DNA from: a virus
Length of the DNA stretch: 57,003 nucleotides
IMG/VR virus record: IMGVR_UViG_3300040801_002155
Span: 1 to 57,003 of that record
Reading direction: 5' to 3' (one strand)
The notes under the pieces were generated by a model. It ran no database searches. It was not told the DNA's origin and saw only the letters and a program-made list of their open reading frames with translations. This document shows, piece by piece, positions 33,189-43,336 of the stretch. The translations under genes were made by a program, and so were the position numbers. How positions within the stretch are numbered: the stretch's first letter is position 1; each line of letters starts with the position of its first letter.

Positions 33189-36100
33189 TTAAAACGAATA
33201 AGCCGGTTTGATTCCTCTAGCCCGCATAGCATTTTCTTGTTTGCGGTAAAGCAATTCTGCAATCTTTTCAATATCTGCTTCAGAGCGAATCGTAATCCCA
33301 TTTAAATTAAACTGATTTGTAATGCCTTGTCCACCATTTACTACCGCCGCATTACTTCCATTTTGACGTTCTTCGGCAACCAATCTATCCGCACTAATTT
33401 GCGATGCGGCAAGATCATATGACTGCCCATTTGATAATAAATTACTAAGTGTATTGGCCCCAGCTTGAACTTGATTTAAATCTAATACTGGTGTAATAAC
33501 TGGATTTAAATTAATGTCTGAATCCAATACATCTGAAAGACCAGACATCGTCGAACGTAATCCATCCATAGCTTGCTCACCAACATTCTGAGCAGCTTTA
33601 ACAACTTTTCCAGCAAGTGCAACTATGCCATTTATAAGACCTTTATCTAAATTTTCACCCATCCAGGTGGTCTCTTTCGACGGTGATTCTTCTTTAAAGA
33701 TACCAGTCAATGCGTCTAGAACGCTCCGTCCTAATGCTCTAACTGCGTCCACAACCCAAGTAACACCGGCATTTATTCCAGCAATAAGACCATCGATAAG
33801 ATGACCTCCAATAGATTCACCTTCTTCGAGATTTAAATACTCAGCGATTGAGGTTAAGAATGCTGATGCCAAATTTTCACACGCCTCAAATATTAATGGC
33901 ATGTTTTCTTCAACTGCATCGGCTAAGCCATTAATGAAGTCAACAACTACCTTAAAAGCCGCTTCAATTATTCTTAGCTCTTCCGCCCCAATACCTTCTA
34001 AGAAGGCAATGATAAGATCTCCACCGGCAGTTATTAAGTCTGGAAGTTTTTCTGTTATCGCATTTAAAATCGCAATAACAATATTGTAAATCTCTTCAAC
34101 AATCGCTCCAATATTTTCTCCTATCCCTTGTAATAAAGCGACAAGAAACTCTGCTCCGGCCTTAATAAAATCTGGAACCAGTTCCTTCATTAATAATAAT
34201 ACATCAGTTACAAGAGTCCAAATTGTCTCAAGGAGTGTTGGGTACATTTCAGCCCACGCCTCAAGTCCCGCCAACAATAATGCGGTAAAAGCACCCGCAA
34301 TTTCTGGGGCACCCTCCGCAATAACCTCGGCAAAACGTACTATTCCTTCGCCTATCTTTTCAAATATTTCTGGTATTTGATCGACAATTTCTGGGTACTT
34401 GGCCAGCACTAATAAAAGCTGAGCCAATGAACCAATAGCAAATCCAATTCCGAATGCTATTGCGGCTATTCCCACAGCCATGGCAGCAAGAGTTAAACCA
34501 AAGGCTACTAAAACTGGAAGTATTGGTTGTACCAAATACGAAGCGGCCACAAAAACCGCAAGTACTCCGGCAATAGCTAATAATCCCTTACCGATATCTT
34601 CCCATTTCATATTACCAAATTTTTCAAAAATCGGAATAAATAAGTTAAGGGCAAGAGCTATTACGGCCATAGCGGCCGCACCGAGTAATACATTAGGGTT
34701 TTTCATATTCTCCATTGCAATTACGAGAAGCGAAAGAATACCCATTACAGCAATGAAACCCTGAAGTAGAACCATAGGATCCATATTCCCTAAAGTCTCT
34801 ATACTACCAATAAAAAGTTTTACAGCAAATGCAATTAAAAGCATTCCGGCCGCACCTGCTAATATCGATTTTGAACTGCCCTCTTTGCCCCCGAATTTAC
34901 CAATAATAGCAGAAAAAGCCGTAAACATACCAATTAACTTCGCCAAAGCCCATAGTCCTTGATTTAACTGATCCGGATTCATATCGCCAAGTTCTTTCAC
35001 TACACCAACCACCATTCTTACTGCAACTGCTAATCCAAGAAGACTCATGGCACCAGCTTTAGAATCCTTTCCTTTACCCATAATTCGTGCGGAAGCAACC
35101 AACCCTGCCATCATCGCAGCTAATGCAAACATAGCGCCAGGATCAACGCCCTCAAGCAATCTTACTGCACCGGCCATCATTATCACTGCTAATCCTAATA
35201 ATAACATAGATGCGGCGGCTTTTGCTGGATTACCACCTTTTTTCATTGCTAACATAACGCCGGTTAAATTGGCAAGTAAAAGCGTAATCGCGGCAACTGC
35301 ACTTGATACCTTTTCCGGATCTAAGAATGATAAAATAAGAACGGCACCAACTAAAATTGCAACCGCGGTCGCAATTCCAACTAATGTTTTAGCCTTTAAT
35401 GAATTTTGATACTCTTCTAACGTTCCTTTTAACTTACCTAATATTCCAAGAAATGAATCTTTAATACTCTTACCACTTCGAAAAACATCTATAAATTTAT
35501 CGAAAAGCTGTATGACCTTTAAAAGAATTCCTCCGGCGACAAGACCTTTTAGAAAATCAAAAAAGCCCTCAAAACTAAGTTCCTTCTCACCAGAAAATGT
35601 ATCTTTAAATCCTGAAAAGACCTCTCCGATTTTAGTAAAAAATCCTTTTATCGCATCCCAAACGGAAATTCCATCTTCTTTAACACCTACGGCGAATTCT
35701 CCAATGTTTTGACCAAAGTACTTGAGTAATTCCCAAACTGGGCCAAAAGTATTTTTTAGGAAGGTCACAAGACTTGCTAAGCCGCCTTTTAAATTTTCAA
35801 ATGTGGCTTCTAAATCAATACCACCAAAAAAGTTGTTAATCGGTGCAAACGCAGCCTTTAACCAGACCCCGATACCTGAAAATACTCCAGATAGGCCACC
35901 TTTAGAAAACCAGGTGCCTATAGAAGTGAAAAATTCACCAATACTGGATGTTAAATCTTTTACCCAGCCAAAGCTTGCCGTATTAATTCCTATGCTTTCA
36001 AGAAACTCTGTAAGTTTTTCTAATGCATTTCCATTTTGAATGTTTTGTACAAGTCTACCAATTTGGTCTGCGATCCATCCTATACCATCTGACACAGCTT

Positions 36101-37589
36101 TAGAAATGTCGGCAAAAAGTTTTCCTTTGTCTGCTGCTTCTCTAAGTTTTGTAAAGATTGAAAAAACGTCTGCCAGAAACCCCAATGTATCGGTATTTTC
36201 TCCGATTTTTTTAAGACCATCGGCTATTCCTTTAAATACTGCAGATACTATTTTCCATCCAAGATACAATGCATTAAATAGACCTAGAAAAATTGTTTTT
36301 AGCTTTACAATTTGTTCGCTGCTTGGTCTTAATCCTATAAGAAAATCCCTAAGATTTTTGGTCATTCTTGTAAGATCATAACGCTTTAGTGTTCCAAATA
36401 CTTCTTTCCAAGCAACCTTTACAATTAAAAGAACCGTCTTAAATGCATACCACGCGGCGGTTAAACCCTCAATAAGTGCATCTCGTCCGCCAAGTCTACC
36501 CCAATCAGTCAGAATTTCATTTCGTCTATCTGAACTTTCCTTAACCATTTTACCTAATTCTTCCGAAATACCTGTAAAAAGATCACTAGCTTGATTAAAA
36601 TTACCAATTATCCTCTCAAAAGTTACGCCCCAACCAGAGCCAATAGCCTCTTTAAGAGTATCCATAAGCTGACTAAAGGTTCTTACTTTTGTTGCTGCTT
36701 CGCTTGCCCTTGCTCCGATTTCGGTTGTTTCATCTGAATATCTTGAAAGTGTGTCTACTAAGACATCCGTTGTCAACCACTGATTAAACAGCGAATAATT
36801 GAACTCTTTTGTGGCGCTAATAACGCTACCTACTTTTCCTTCTTTTGCGCCTACAACATCATACAAACCATCCAAACGTTCCGTTAATGTCCCAGCAGCA
36901 ACAGCGGAATCTATTAATTGTTTCTTAAATTCTAGAGTCCCCATCTTTGCAAGTTCAATGGATCTCCATTGACGAAGTTGAACAAAACCTCCAGAAAGTG
37001 ACTTGGCAAAAGCATTCATAGCCGAAGCCGCTTGATCGGTGTTGGCACCCGATATTGCCGCCACATTAGCGACACCCTGAATTGAGGCAACTGCCAAATC
37101 CAAATGAATGCCCTGATTTGTAAAGTCACTAATGTTCCGAGTCATATCAGAAAAACTATAAATAGTTCTATCCGCATATGCATTTAATTCTGCGAGTTTT
37201 CTATTAATATGATCTAATGTTACGGGAACACCCGCTTCATCTATAGCATTAGCGAGCATAATCTTAATCGAATTCATTTTTAATTCGTATTCTTTAAAAC
37301 CTTCGAAAACCTGGTCAATCGTTAATGATTTTGCAAGCTTTTGCCCTAACTCTAAAGCTTGAGCGCCTATTTTTAATAAAGCACCCGTTGCGATTGTACC
37401 CAATGCTGAAAACTGTGATCCAACACCCTTTGCAACTGCTCCCAATGCTGTTAATGCTCCGGCCTTTCCGGCCTCTTTAAGAGCTTCATCAAAATCCTTT
37501 AAAGAATTCTTTGACTCTTTGATTCTTTCTTCAAAGTTTTTATTTAAAAACTCCATTTCAACAATGCGTTTATCAATACTTGGACTCAT
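33189..37589 (-). CDS. Tape measure protein (~1466 aa)
   Basis: Largest gene here, with helical repeats and a long hydrophobic central region, placed between the tail chaperones and Dit. Start set at the ATGA overlap with the upstream stop (MSPSIDKR). Confidence 0.85.
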   Translation of the reverse strand: MSPSIDKRIVEMEFLNKNFEERIKESKNSLKDFDEALKEAGKAGALTALGAVAKGVGSQFSALGTIATGALLKIGAQALELGQKLAKSLTIDQVFEGFKEYELKMNSIKIMLANAIDEAGVPVTLDHINRKLAELNAYADRTIYSFSDMTRNISDFTNQGIHLDLAVASIQGVANVAAISGANTDQAASAMNAFAKSLSGGFVQLRQWRSIELAKMGTLEFKKQLIDSAVAAGTLTERLDGLYDVVGAKEGKVGSVISATKEFNYSLFNQWLTTDVLVDTLSRYSDETTEIGARASEAATKVRTFSQLMDTLKEAIGSGWGVTFERIIGNFNQASDLFTGISEELGKMVKESSDRRNEILTDWGRLGGRDALIEGLTAAWYAFKTVLLIVKVAWKEVFGTLKRYDLTRMTKNLRDFLIGLRPSSEQIVKLKTIFLGLFNALYLGWKIVSAVFKGIADGLKKIGENTDTLGFLADVFSIFTKLREAADKGKLFADISKAVSDGIGWIADQIGRLVQNIQNGNALEKLTEFLESIGINTASFGWVKDLTSSIGEFFTSIGTWFSKGGLSGVFSGIGVWLKAAFAPINNFFGGIDLEATFENLKGGLASLVTFLKNTFGPVWELLKYFGQNIGEFAVGVKEDGISVWDAIKGFFTKIGEVFSGFKDTFSGEKELSFEGFFDFLKGLVAGGILLKVIQLFDKFIDVFRSGKSIKDSFLGILGKLKGTLEEYQNSLKAKTLVGIATAVAILVGAVLILSFLDPEKVSSAVAAITLLLANLTGVMLAMKKGGNPAKAAASMLLLGLAVIMMAGAVRLLEGVDPGAMFALAAMMAGLVASARIMGKGKDSKAGAMSLLGLAVAVRMVVGVVKELGDMNPDQLNQGLWALAKLIGMFTAFSAIIGKFGGKEGSSKSILAGAAGMLLIAFAVKLFIGSIETLGNMDPMVLLQGFIAVMGILSLLVIAMENMKNPNVLLGAAAMAVIALALNLFIPIFEKFGNMKWEDIGKGLLAIAGVLAVFVAASYLVQPILPVLVAFGLTLAAMAVGIAAIAFGIGFAIGSLAQLLLVLAKYPEIVDQIPEIFEKIGEGIVRFAEVIAEGAPEIAGAFTALLLAGLEAWAEMYPTLLETIWTLVTDVLLLMKELVPDFIKAGAEFLVALLQGIGENIGAIVEEIYNIVIAILNAITEKLPDLITAGGDLIIAFLEGIGAEELRIIEAAFKVVVDFINGLADAVEENMPLIFEACENLASAFLTSIAEYLNLEEGESIGGHLIDGLIAGINAGVTWVVDAVRALGRSVLDALTGIFKEESPSKETTWMGENLDKGLINGIVALAGKVVKAAQNVGEQAMDGLRSTMSGLSDVLDSDINLNPVITPVLDLNQVQAGANTLSNLLSNGQSYDLAASQISADRLVAEERQNGSNAAVVNGGQGITNQFNLNGITIRSEADIEKIAELLYRKQENAMRARGIKPAYSF

Positions 37590-37963
37590 AAATCTTGAAC
37601 CTCCTTCCAGCACCCATCAGATATCATATCGAATATTTCTTTTAATGCGGGATTTATATAATCTACTCCCTGTACATATCCATTTCCTCGTGTCCCATGT
37701 CCATACTGTATTAAAATTGCTAAGGGAGTTCCATTTGTTAGAATTTTCGTATTCGTCCAAATAATCTTCCAATTTTCTATCTCATATGACCATGAATCTG
37801 CAGTCTCACCCGTATCTTTAGGAGTATATTCTCTTAAAGCTTCCACTCCCAGTTGACCATATTTATGAAAGATTTGCTTTACCCTATGGGGTAATTTCGT
37901 TTCGGCGCCTTCAAAAAAATTTTCTGTATTTTTAAAACTTCCGGATGTTCTAAGTTTTATCAT
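37586..37963 (-). CDS. HK97 gp10-like tail/neck component
   Basis: MIKLRTSGSFKNTENFFEG...REYTPKDTGETADSW pattern. Moderate recall-based match. Confidence 0.4.
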   Translation of the reverse strand: MIKLRTSGSFKNTENFFEGAETKLPHRVKQIFHKYGQLGVEALREYTPKDTGETADSWSYEIENWKIIWTNTKILTNGTPLAILIQYGHGTRGNGYVQGVDYINPALKEIFDMISDGCWKEVQDL

Positions 37964-37979
37964 TAAGGCGCTCCTTTAT

Positions 37980-38336
37980 TTAGAATGGTTCTGGTTCTAT
38001 TCCAGCATCTTTTAATTGTTTACTAAGTTTTTGAGCCCATGTTCTCCACCGAGAAGCTTCACTTTGCAAATCCGCCATTTGTTGAGTCATGAATTTTCTA
38101 TAATTATCAAACTCGACTCTTAAAAGTGCATACTTTTTTTCTTGTTCTTCTTTAAACTTTTCATACTTTTCGTCTTGTCTGGTGTTTCTTGCTTCTTGCT
38201 TATCTATTGTGTCTTGCATTTTTGACATGGAATCGGCATCTAAATTATCGATTTCACTTGGTTGTTTTTTAATAGTCAAATATACTGCAATTCCTGAGGC
38301 TAATAAACTAAAAATAGAAATTATAATTTCAAACAT
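37980..38336 (-). CDS. N-terminally anchored coiled-coil membrane protein
   Basis: MFEIIISIFSLLASGIAVYLTI followed by about 90 aa rich in charged heptads. Start set at 38336, which overlaps the upstream stop by 8 nt. Confidence 0.5.
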   Translation of the reverse strand: MFEIIISIFSLLASGIAVYLTIKKQPSEIDNLDADSMSKMQDTIDKQEARNTRQDEKYEKFKEEQEKKYALLRVEFDNYRKFMTQQMADLQSEASRWRTWAQKLSKQLKDAGIEPEPF

Positions 38337-38634
38337 TATGCAATCTCCTATATTTATCCCATGCTCTAGCTGCGATGACAACAAGTGTAAATAATATTCC
38401 TGGCCGAACTAAGAGTTGATGCGCATAAAAATCAATACCGAGAATTGGTCGTAATATAGAAAATATATAATATAAACTCCAATAAATTCCTATAATAGCT
38501 AATAGTAATTTCTTTACATCTTTTATATATTTAAAATATAAGTTTAATTCAAAATAAGCAAGAAATAGTCCAGCAAAAACTATAAAATATTTTAATATGT
38601 TATAAAATAAATTTTCAATCTCGACAAATGTCAT
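38329..38634 (-). CDS. Polytopic small membrane protein (101 aa, ~3 TM)
   Basis: Three hydrophobic segments. ATGA-type overlap with the upstream gene. Confidence 0.5.
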   Translation of the reverse strand: MTFVEIENLFYNILKYFIVFAGLFLAYFELNLYFKYIKDVKKLLLAIIGIYWSLYYIFSILRPILGIDFYAHQLLVRPGILFTLVVIAARAWDKYRRLHNV

Positions 38635-38996
38635 GATACACCAATTCTTTCACAATAATCCAGTGGAATCCAGCCTCCATCAGACTGCATTCGTCCCCAC
38701 TTTAAAGCACCAAGACCGGTTGATTCTTCGGTAATATTAAATTCATCGCCACGTTTTGCACGACCAAAAATAACATGATTTGTTCCTGGGCCAGAATAAT
38801 ATTTAAGTCTTGCCACATTAACTCTTACTCTAAAAACCGTTTGCTCTTCTTGTGGGCCAAAAACCTCTTCAATTTCTTCTAATTCGCTTTCTAAATCTTC
38901 TACTTCTGATTCATATTCAATATGAGTTTCAGGTTCTTCTTTTTTTATGTTATACTTTTTTAAATATTCATCAAAACTCGTAATTTCGTTGTCCAT
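38631..38996 (-). CDS. Acidic N-terminus + SH3b-like domain protein
   Basis: FRVRVNVARLKYYSGPGTNHVIFGRAKRGDEFNI...WGRMQSDGGWIPLDY resembles bacterial SH3 domains. Confidence 0.45.
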   Translation of the reverse strand: MDNEITSFDEYLKKYNIKKEEPETHIEYESEVEDLESELEEIEEVFGPQEEQTVFRVRVNVARLKYYSGPGTNHVIFGRAKRGDEFNITEESTGLGALKWGRMQSDGGWIPLDYCERIGVS

Positions 38997-39000
38997 TATG

Positions 39001-39546
39001 TTATCCCTTTGTATTTAATTTCTTTTTGCGTGCGGCATTAAGGGCCGCATTTCTACTAAGAATTGAATTCCTTGGCATCTTTTTAGCTGGAGTATTTTTA
39101 ATACTACAAACCCGAATTAATGTTAAAAGACGATTAAGATGCCACTTCTGGCATTCAAAAGGAATATTCATTGATATCATCCAATAATAAATTAATTCTG
39201 CGGTGATGGTTTCCGATCTTCCAGTAGATTTATGAAATTCAGAAAAAGTAGTTGCTGTCATTTTAGAATCAATGTATTCGTTAATTCTATCGATCTGCTC
39301 TTTCGAAAGCAAGTCCACAATATAGTCTGGCACATTATGATCGATAATCATACATCTTACATAATCTCTAGTCTCTTCTGTTGTTTTTGGATCTGGGCCT
39401 AAAAATGGCTTGTGCCATGTAGACTCCCATTTTGATAAAGAGAGAAGAGAATGCTCTAATCTAATCGTTCTACTTTTTACATGAATAAACTCGAACGTTT
39501 CCTCGTTAAAGAAATTTTCATTATCAGATAATGTTAAGGTTAGCAT
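39001..39546 (-). CDS. Tail-assembly-chaperone-region protein (Gp15-like?)
   Basis: Lies between the major tail and tape measure genes. KWESTWHKPF...ELIYYWMISMNIPFECQKWHLNRLLTLI looks like a conserved Firmicutes-phage family. Confidence 0.4.
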   Translation of the reverse strand: MLTLTLSDNENFFNEETFEFIHVKSRTIRLEHSLLSLSKWESTWHKPFLGPDPKTTEETRDYVRCMIIDHNVPDYIVDLLSKEQIDRINEYIDSKMTATTFSEFHKSTGRSETITAELIYYWMISMNIPFECQKWHLNRLLTLIRVCSIKNTPAKKMPRNSILSRNAALNAARKKKLNTKG

Positions 39547-39570
39547 TTCTTCTCTCTTTATCTAAACTAT

Positions 39571-40023
39571 CTAATTTTGTAGTAGACGATTGATAAAATC
39601 GAGCATTTCTTTTTGATGCGTGATCATATGCTCAACAAAAGCATCATAAACAGCAGATTGTTTAAAATCTTGAAGAACTTCGGGACCTTTAACAAAACGC
39701 GATCCATCTTTTGATCGAACCCCATATGATAAATCCACCAATCTATCTAAAAGTCTACCAACCATCCGAACGCTTTCAGCCAAAAGTTGATTTCTTTCAC
39801 TAAATGGATCTTCGTCATCAACCAAAGGTTCTTTATCAATTAAGTCCTCCTCGGTAGCCAGTAAGAGTTTACTTCGTTCTTCTAATTTTTGTCCAAGCTC
39901 CATAATTTCATTATATACGGAATCCTCTGCGGTTAATACGGAAGCTTTAGAGACATGAAAGTAAAGGTCTTCACTTCTTTCAACACCATTAAAATCTGTA
40001 AATGTAATAGTCTTTTTTAACAT
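39571..40023 (-). CDS. Acidic tail assembly chaperone candidate
   Basis: 150 aa and acidic, directly downstream of the major tail gene. No overlapping -1 frame extension seen. Confidence 0.4.
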   Translation of the reverse strand: MLKKTITFTDFNGVERSEDLYFHVSKASVLTAEDSVYNEIMELGQKLEERSKLLLATEEDLIDKEPLVDDEDPFSERNQLLAESVRMVGRLLDRLVDLSYGVRSKDGSRFVKGPEVLQDFKQSAVYDAFVEHMITHQKEMLDFINRLLQN

Positions 40024-40048
40024 GTTATTTTACTCCTTTTCAGAATTT

Positions 40049-40077
40049 GAGTGGGGCCATTAGGTCAGACCCCACTC
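40049..40077 (-). other. GC-rich hairpin without a U-tract, after the major tail gene
   Basis: GAGTGGGG-13 nt-CCCCACTC. Confidence 0.4.
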
Positions 40078-40097
40078 ATTGATTTAACTAAAATATA

Positions 40098-40751
40098 TTA
40101 GGGCAATTCCATCATATCAATGATGTCTTGAGGAAGAGGCAAATTCGGATCGATCATATATCCGCCAAATAATTGCTCTTCAAGAGCGGCCAATTTAGTT
40201 TCATCTGCTTTTGTGCTGTCAATAACCAAATGTGCCGTTGGGCGATAGCCAACAATCTCAATAGGATCGGTCGTAATTTCCCAACTAAATGTAATAGCTT
40301 CTGGGGATTCATTGATTGTCTGATATGCTTTCTCAGAAGGTGAGGCCATTGCTCCATAGATGATATGAAGTTTATAACCAAGATCATCACCATCGACATC
40401 GTTGCCAATCTTTGTCTTATAGACTAGGCCGAATTTCTTTCGACGCTGCTGATTAATGAACACTCCATCGGAGGATTCATACGAACCATCACATTCAGCA
40501 AATTCTTCGGGATAGGTGAAGGCCTCAATGGTCGCACCAAATTCCTCATTGCTATACATGGTTAGATATTTGATATTATCGGCGTAAAGTGGAGTTGGTT
40601 CTGCTCCGGAAGGATTTTCACTAACGGAGACCAGCCCATTCCATGCAACACCAAGCGGGTATGCTCCACTACTCTGAACGTAGAGAACCCCATTATTGAC
40701 GCCGGTTTCGTATAAACGTTGGCCGGTGCCATCCCATACTAATGCTGTCAT
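40098..40751 (-). CDS. Major tail protein
   Basis: MTALVWDGTGQRLYETGVNNGVLY...AWNGLVSVSENPSGAEPTPLYADNIKY...EAFTYPEEFAECDG is the typical siphovirus tail-tube pattern. Confidence 0.6.
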   Translation of the reverse strand: MTALVWDGTGQRLYETGVNNGVLYVQSSGAYPLGVAWNGLVSVSENPSGAEPTPLYADNIKYLTMYSNEEFGATIEAFTYPEEFAECDGSYESSDGVFINQQRRKKFGLVYKTKIGNDVDGDDLGYKLHIIYGAMASPSEKAYQTINESPEAITFSWEITTDPIEIVGYRPTAHLVIDSTKADETKLAALEEQLFGGYMIDPNLPLPQDIIDMMELP

Positions 40752-40766
40752 AATAATTAAGCTCCT

Positions 40767-41087
40767 TTAATAGTATAATGTAAAAACAAAATGATTTAAA
40801 TTATCCGATTTAAAGCTTCTATCAAAGCTGCAATATGCAAGCTCTAATACTTTATTCGGAATTTCTGAGTCTGGATTTTTATCAATTACAGTAACAGAGT
40901 ATCTTTTTTTATTTTTATACATAATAGAATCTGCATAATCTGTTTTAATCTTTTCCAACTCATAAATAATACAGGGATAAGTTAAATTAAATGAAGATGG
41001 TGGTTGGTAGTAAACCTCGTATGGATCTATAAGATCTTTCAAAATTTCATGTAATTCTAATCTTTTTGATGGTGCCAACTCATCCAT
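40767..41087 (-). CDS. Head-tail joining / tail completion protein candidate
   Basis: 106 aa, between the capsid and major tail genes. Confidence 0.4.
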   Translation of the reverse strand: MDELAPSKRLELHEILKDLIDPYEVYYQPPSSFNLTYPCIIYELEKIKTDYADSIMYKNKKRYSVTVIDKNPDSEIPNKVLELAYCSFDRSFKSDNLNHFVFTLYY

Positions 41088-41394
41088 TATAAACTTCTCC
41101 TAATGTTAAAATTAGCCGGGGTCGTTGAATTTCGATTCTACTTACTTTCCAACGAGTTCCCTGCCAACGAATATAACGTATTGTAGAGAGGTTCTTATAA
41201 GCGTACGGATCTGCGATAATCGAAATCCTATTAGAAAGTACTAAATTATCGTTTTTTTCTTCAGTAACATCCCATCTTCTGGCATTTTGAAGAATATCTC
41301 CCCTATAAGAACGCTCTACAACAACGTCATCCCAAACCCCTGGAGATATTTCTGTCTGTGTAATATAACCGACTGGTCCATAAAATTTACTCAT
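41080..41394 (-). CDS. Head closure / head-tail adaptor candidate
   Basis: 104 aa, immediately after the capsid gene. Confidence 0.4.
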   Translation of the reverse strand: MSKFYGPVGYITQTEISPGVWDDVVVERSYRGDILQNARRWDVTEEKNDNLVLSNRISIIADPYAYKNLSTIRYIRWQGTRWKVSRIEIQRPRLILTLGEVYNG

Positions 41395-41426
41395 AAATAT
41401 CTCCTAGTCTTATCTTAAAATATTAA

Positions 41427-43313
41427 CTATGCAGATGCGCCAGAAGGACTTGCATCAGCGGGTTCTGCTTTCTCGGCCCAAATAGCCAATGCAGAATGAG
41501 GCACTGTTAACGCGCCAGAAATACGAGTTTCAATCAGGTATTTATGCTGGTTGAAGTCGATATCGAAGTCATCAAACATCGTGATCGCCCCACCCTTATC
41601 GGCACCAATAGAATAATCAACCATGTTAACAATAACGCCAACGAGTTCGCTATAATCGACATCATCAGTATCGGAATTAACAACTGTCTCTAATACAGGA
41701 ACCTCAACAATTTCTTTAACGCGAAGTGCAGCGGCAAGATCGGCAAGTGTATTATAAATACGTCGACCAGTGCTATCCTTCAAAAGAAGCATGTCGGCAA
41801 CAATATCGGCATTAGTGAACAACGTTGGATTACCAGCACCACGATAGTCTTTTCGAGCACGAACAATACCATCAATAATTTCAGAAGTTGTGGCATCTGT
41901 TGCGGGGGATGTGGCTTCAATAACTGTGTGAACGGTATAAAGATCATCATCTTTCGCAATTGGACGAATTTTGGTTTCGCTAATCTTGTCATCACTGGCA
42001 ACTGAGCGACCATCACCAATTATAACAGCGCGAGCCAATTCCTCTTCGAGCATCATACGCATTTCAGAACGAAGCCAAAGAACAATATCGAAATCTGTAA
42101 TGTCGAGCATATCATCACGATCAATTTTCTGCTTCTTATAAACAGTTTGAGGATCAGTGGTTCGTTTCAACAAAGCAAAGACCTGTTCGACCTTTTCATT
42201 GCCCTTGACATAACCTAAGGCGCGAGCCTGGTCTTCTGTCAGATCTGCAACAAGGGTCTTTACACGAGTAAATGGAATTTTCTTGGCGGCGCCAAATACT
42301 TTGCTAACCCAATCCATCTTTCGAGTGAGCATATTGGGGGTTGCAGATGATGCCTTATAATCGGGGAATAAATACCCGATATCAGTGATTGAATGCTTCA
42401 AACTATCCGCGTCTTTAGGACCGATATAAGCCTCATAAGCTTCTGCCATTGAATCGAAACCATGGGCTAAGAAAGCATTCTTTAAGGTTGACTGCGATTT
42501 TACAGCGGTGGTAAAAATTTCACGAAGTCCATCGCGGGTTAAGGTTTTGTGCATAATTGTATTATCTCCTTCGGTTTTTGGTTGTGATTGATCAAAAATG
42601 TTATTTTTCATAATAGGTTCTCCTGGGGTAATATCTGATTGTTTAATTTCTTCGGTGTCATCATTGCCTTCATCTTCTGAATCTTTGTCGGTCATATCTT
42701 CGGCAGTATCAAGAGCTTTACCGATCATTGCATAAACTACTGTTTTTTGTTTATCAGTAAATGTTGCAAACACATCGGCAACGGTCTCCTCTTCATTATC
42801 TTCTTTGTCGTCTTCTTGCTGCGTTGGATCGGCATGAAAAATTTCATCAATTTGTTCATTTGCGGATAATACTGCTTCGGATTCTTCTTGCGTAATCGAA
42901 CCATCAGCGTGTTCAAAAGACAAATTATCAATAAATGCGCCCTGATTTGCTCCGGCAATAACTAAACTTACTTCACGAATAACGCCATGGATAACATTTT
43001 TTGCCTTTTCTACTAATGAATTTGCATAAATTGAAAGTGCCTTAATGTCTCCATGTTTGATTAATTCTTTTGCAGCTTGAGCTTTTTCAGTTCCATTAAA
43101 GGAACAATATGCATATACTCCATCTGGACGATTTTCCAGTAATGCATGCCCTAAAATATTTTCAGGCTCATTATGCAAATGTTGCCACACTAACGGAACA
43201 ATTTGCCCGTCGTTATCAAGAAATGCATCTTGCTGGATTGTTCTTCCATCGCTGCATTTCAAATTGGTTTTAGTGGCATAACCACTAAAATCATACTTCA
43301 TTTTTTCAGTCAT
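41427..43313 (-). CDS. Fusion of prohead protease (HK97/S78-like), an acidic scaffold-like linker and the major capsid protein
   Basis: N-terminus VPLVWQHLH...IKALSIYAN...VIREVSLVIAGANQGAFI (S78-like). Acidic aa ~165-225. The C-terminal ~380 aa are capsid-like (ELARAVIIGDGR...). Confidence 0.65.
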   Translation of the reverse strand: MTEKMKYDFSGYATKTNLKCSDGRTIQQDAFLDNDGQIVPLVWQHLHNEPENILGHALLENRPDGVYAYCSFNGTEKAQAAKELIKHGDIKALSIYANSLVEKAKNVIHGVIREVSLVIAGANQGAFIDNLSFEHADGSITQEESEAVLSANEQIDEIFHADPTQQEDDKEDNEEETVADVFATFTDKQKTVVYAMIGKALDTAEDMTDKDSEDEGNDDTEEIKQSDITPGEPIMKNNIFDQSQPKTEGDNTIMHKTLTRDGLREIFTTAVKSQSTLKNAFLAHGFDSMAEAYEAYIGPKDADSLKHSITDIGYLFPDYKASSATPNMLTRKMDWVSKVFGAAKKIPFTRVKTLVADLTEDQARALGYVKGNEKVEQVFALLKRTTDPQTVYKKQKIDRDDMLDITDFDIVLWLRSEMRMMLEEELARAVIIGDGRSVASDDKISETKIRPIAKDDDLYTVHTVIEATSPATDATTSEIIDGIVRARKDYRGAGNPTLFTNADIVADMLLLKDSTGRRIYNTLADLAAALRVKEIVEVPVLETVVNSDTDDVDYSELVGVIVNMVDYSIGADKGGAITMFDDFDIDFNQHKYLIETRISGALTVPHSALAIWAEKAEPADASPSGASA

Positions 43314-43336
43314 AATTAATCTCCTATAATTTTTAA

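Noticed and set aside
39001-40023. A programmed -1 frameshift between the two tail-chaperone-region genes.
   Set aside because: The two ORFs are separated by a 24-nt gap and the second has its own start. I saw no overlapping extension frame or slippery heptamer at the junction.
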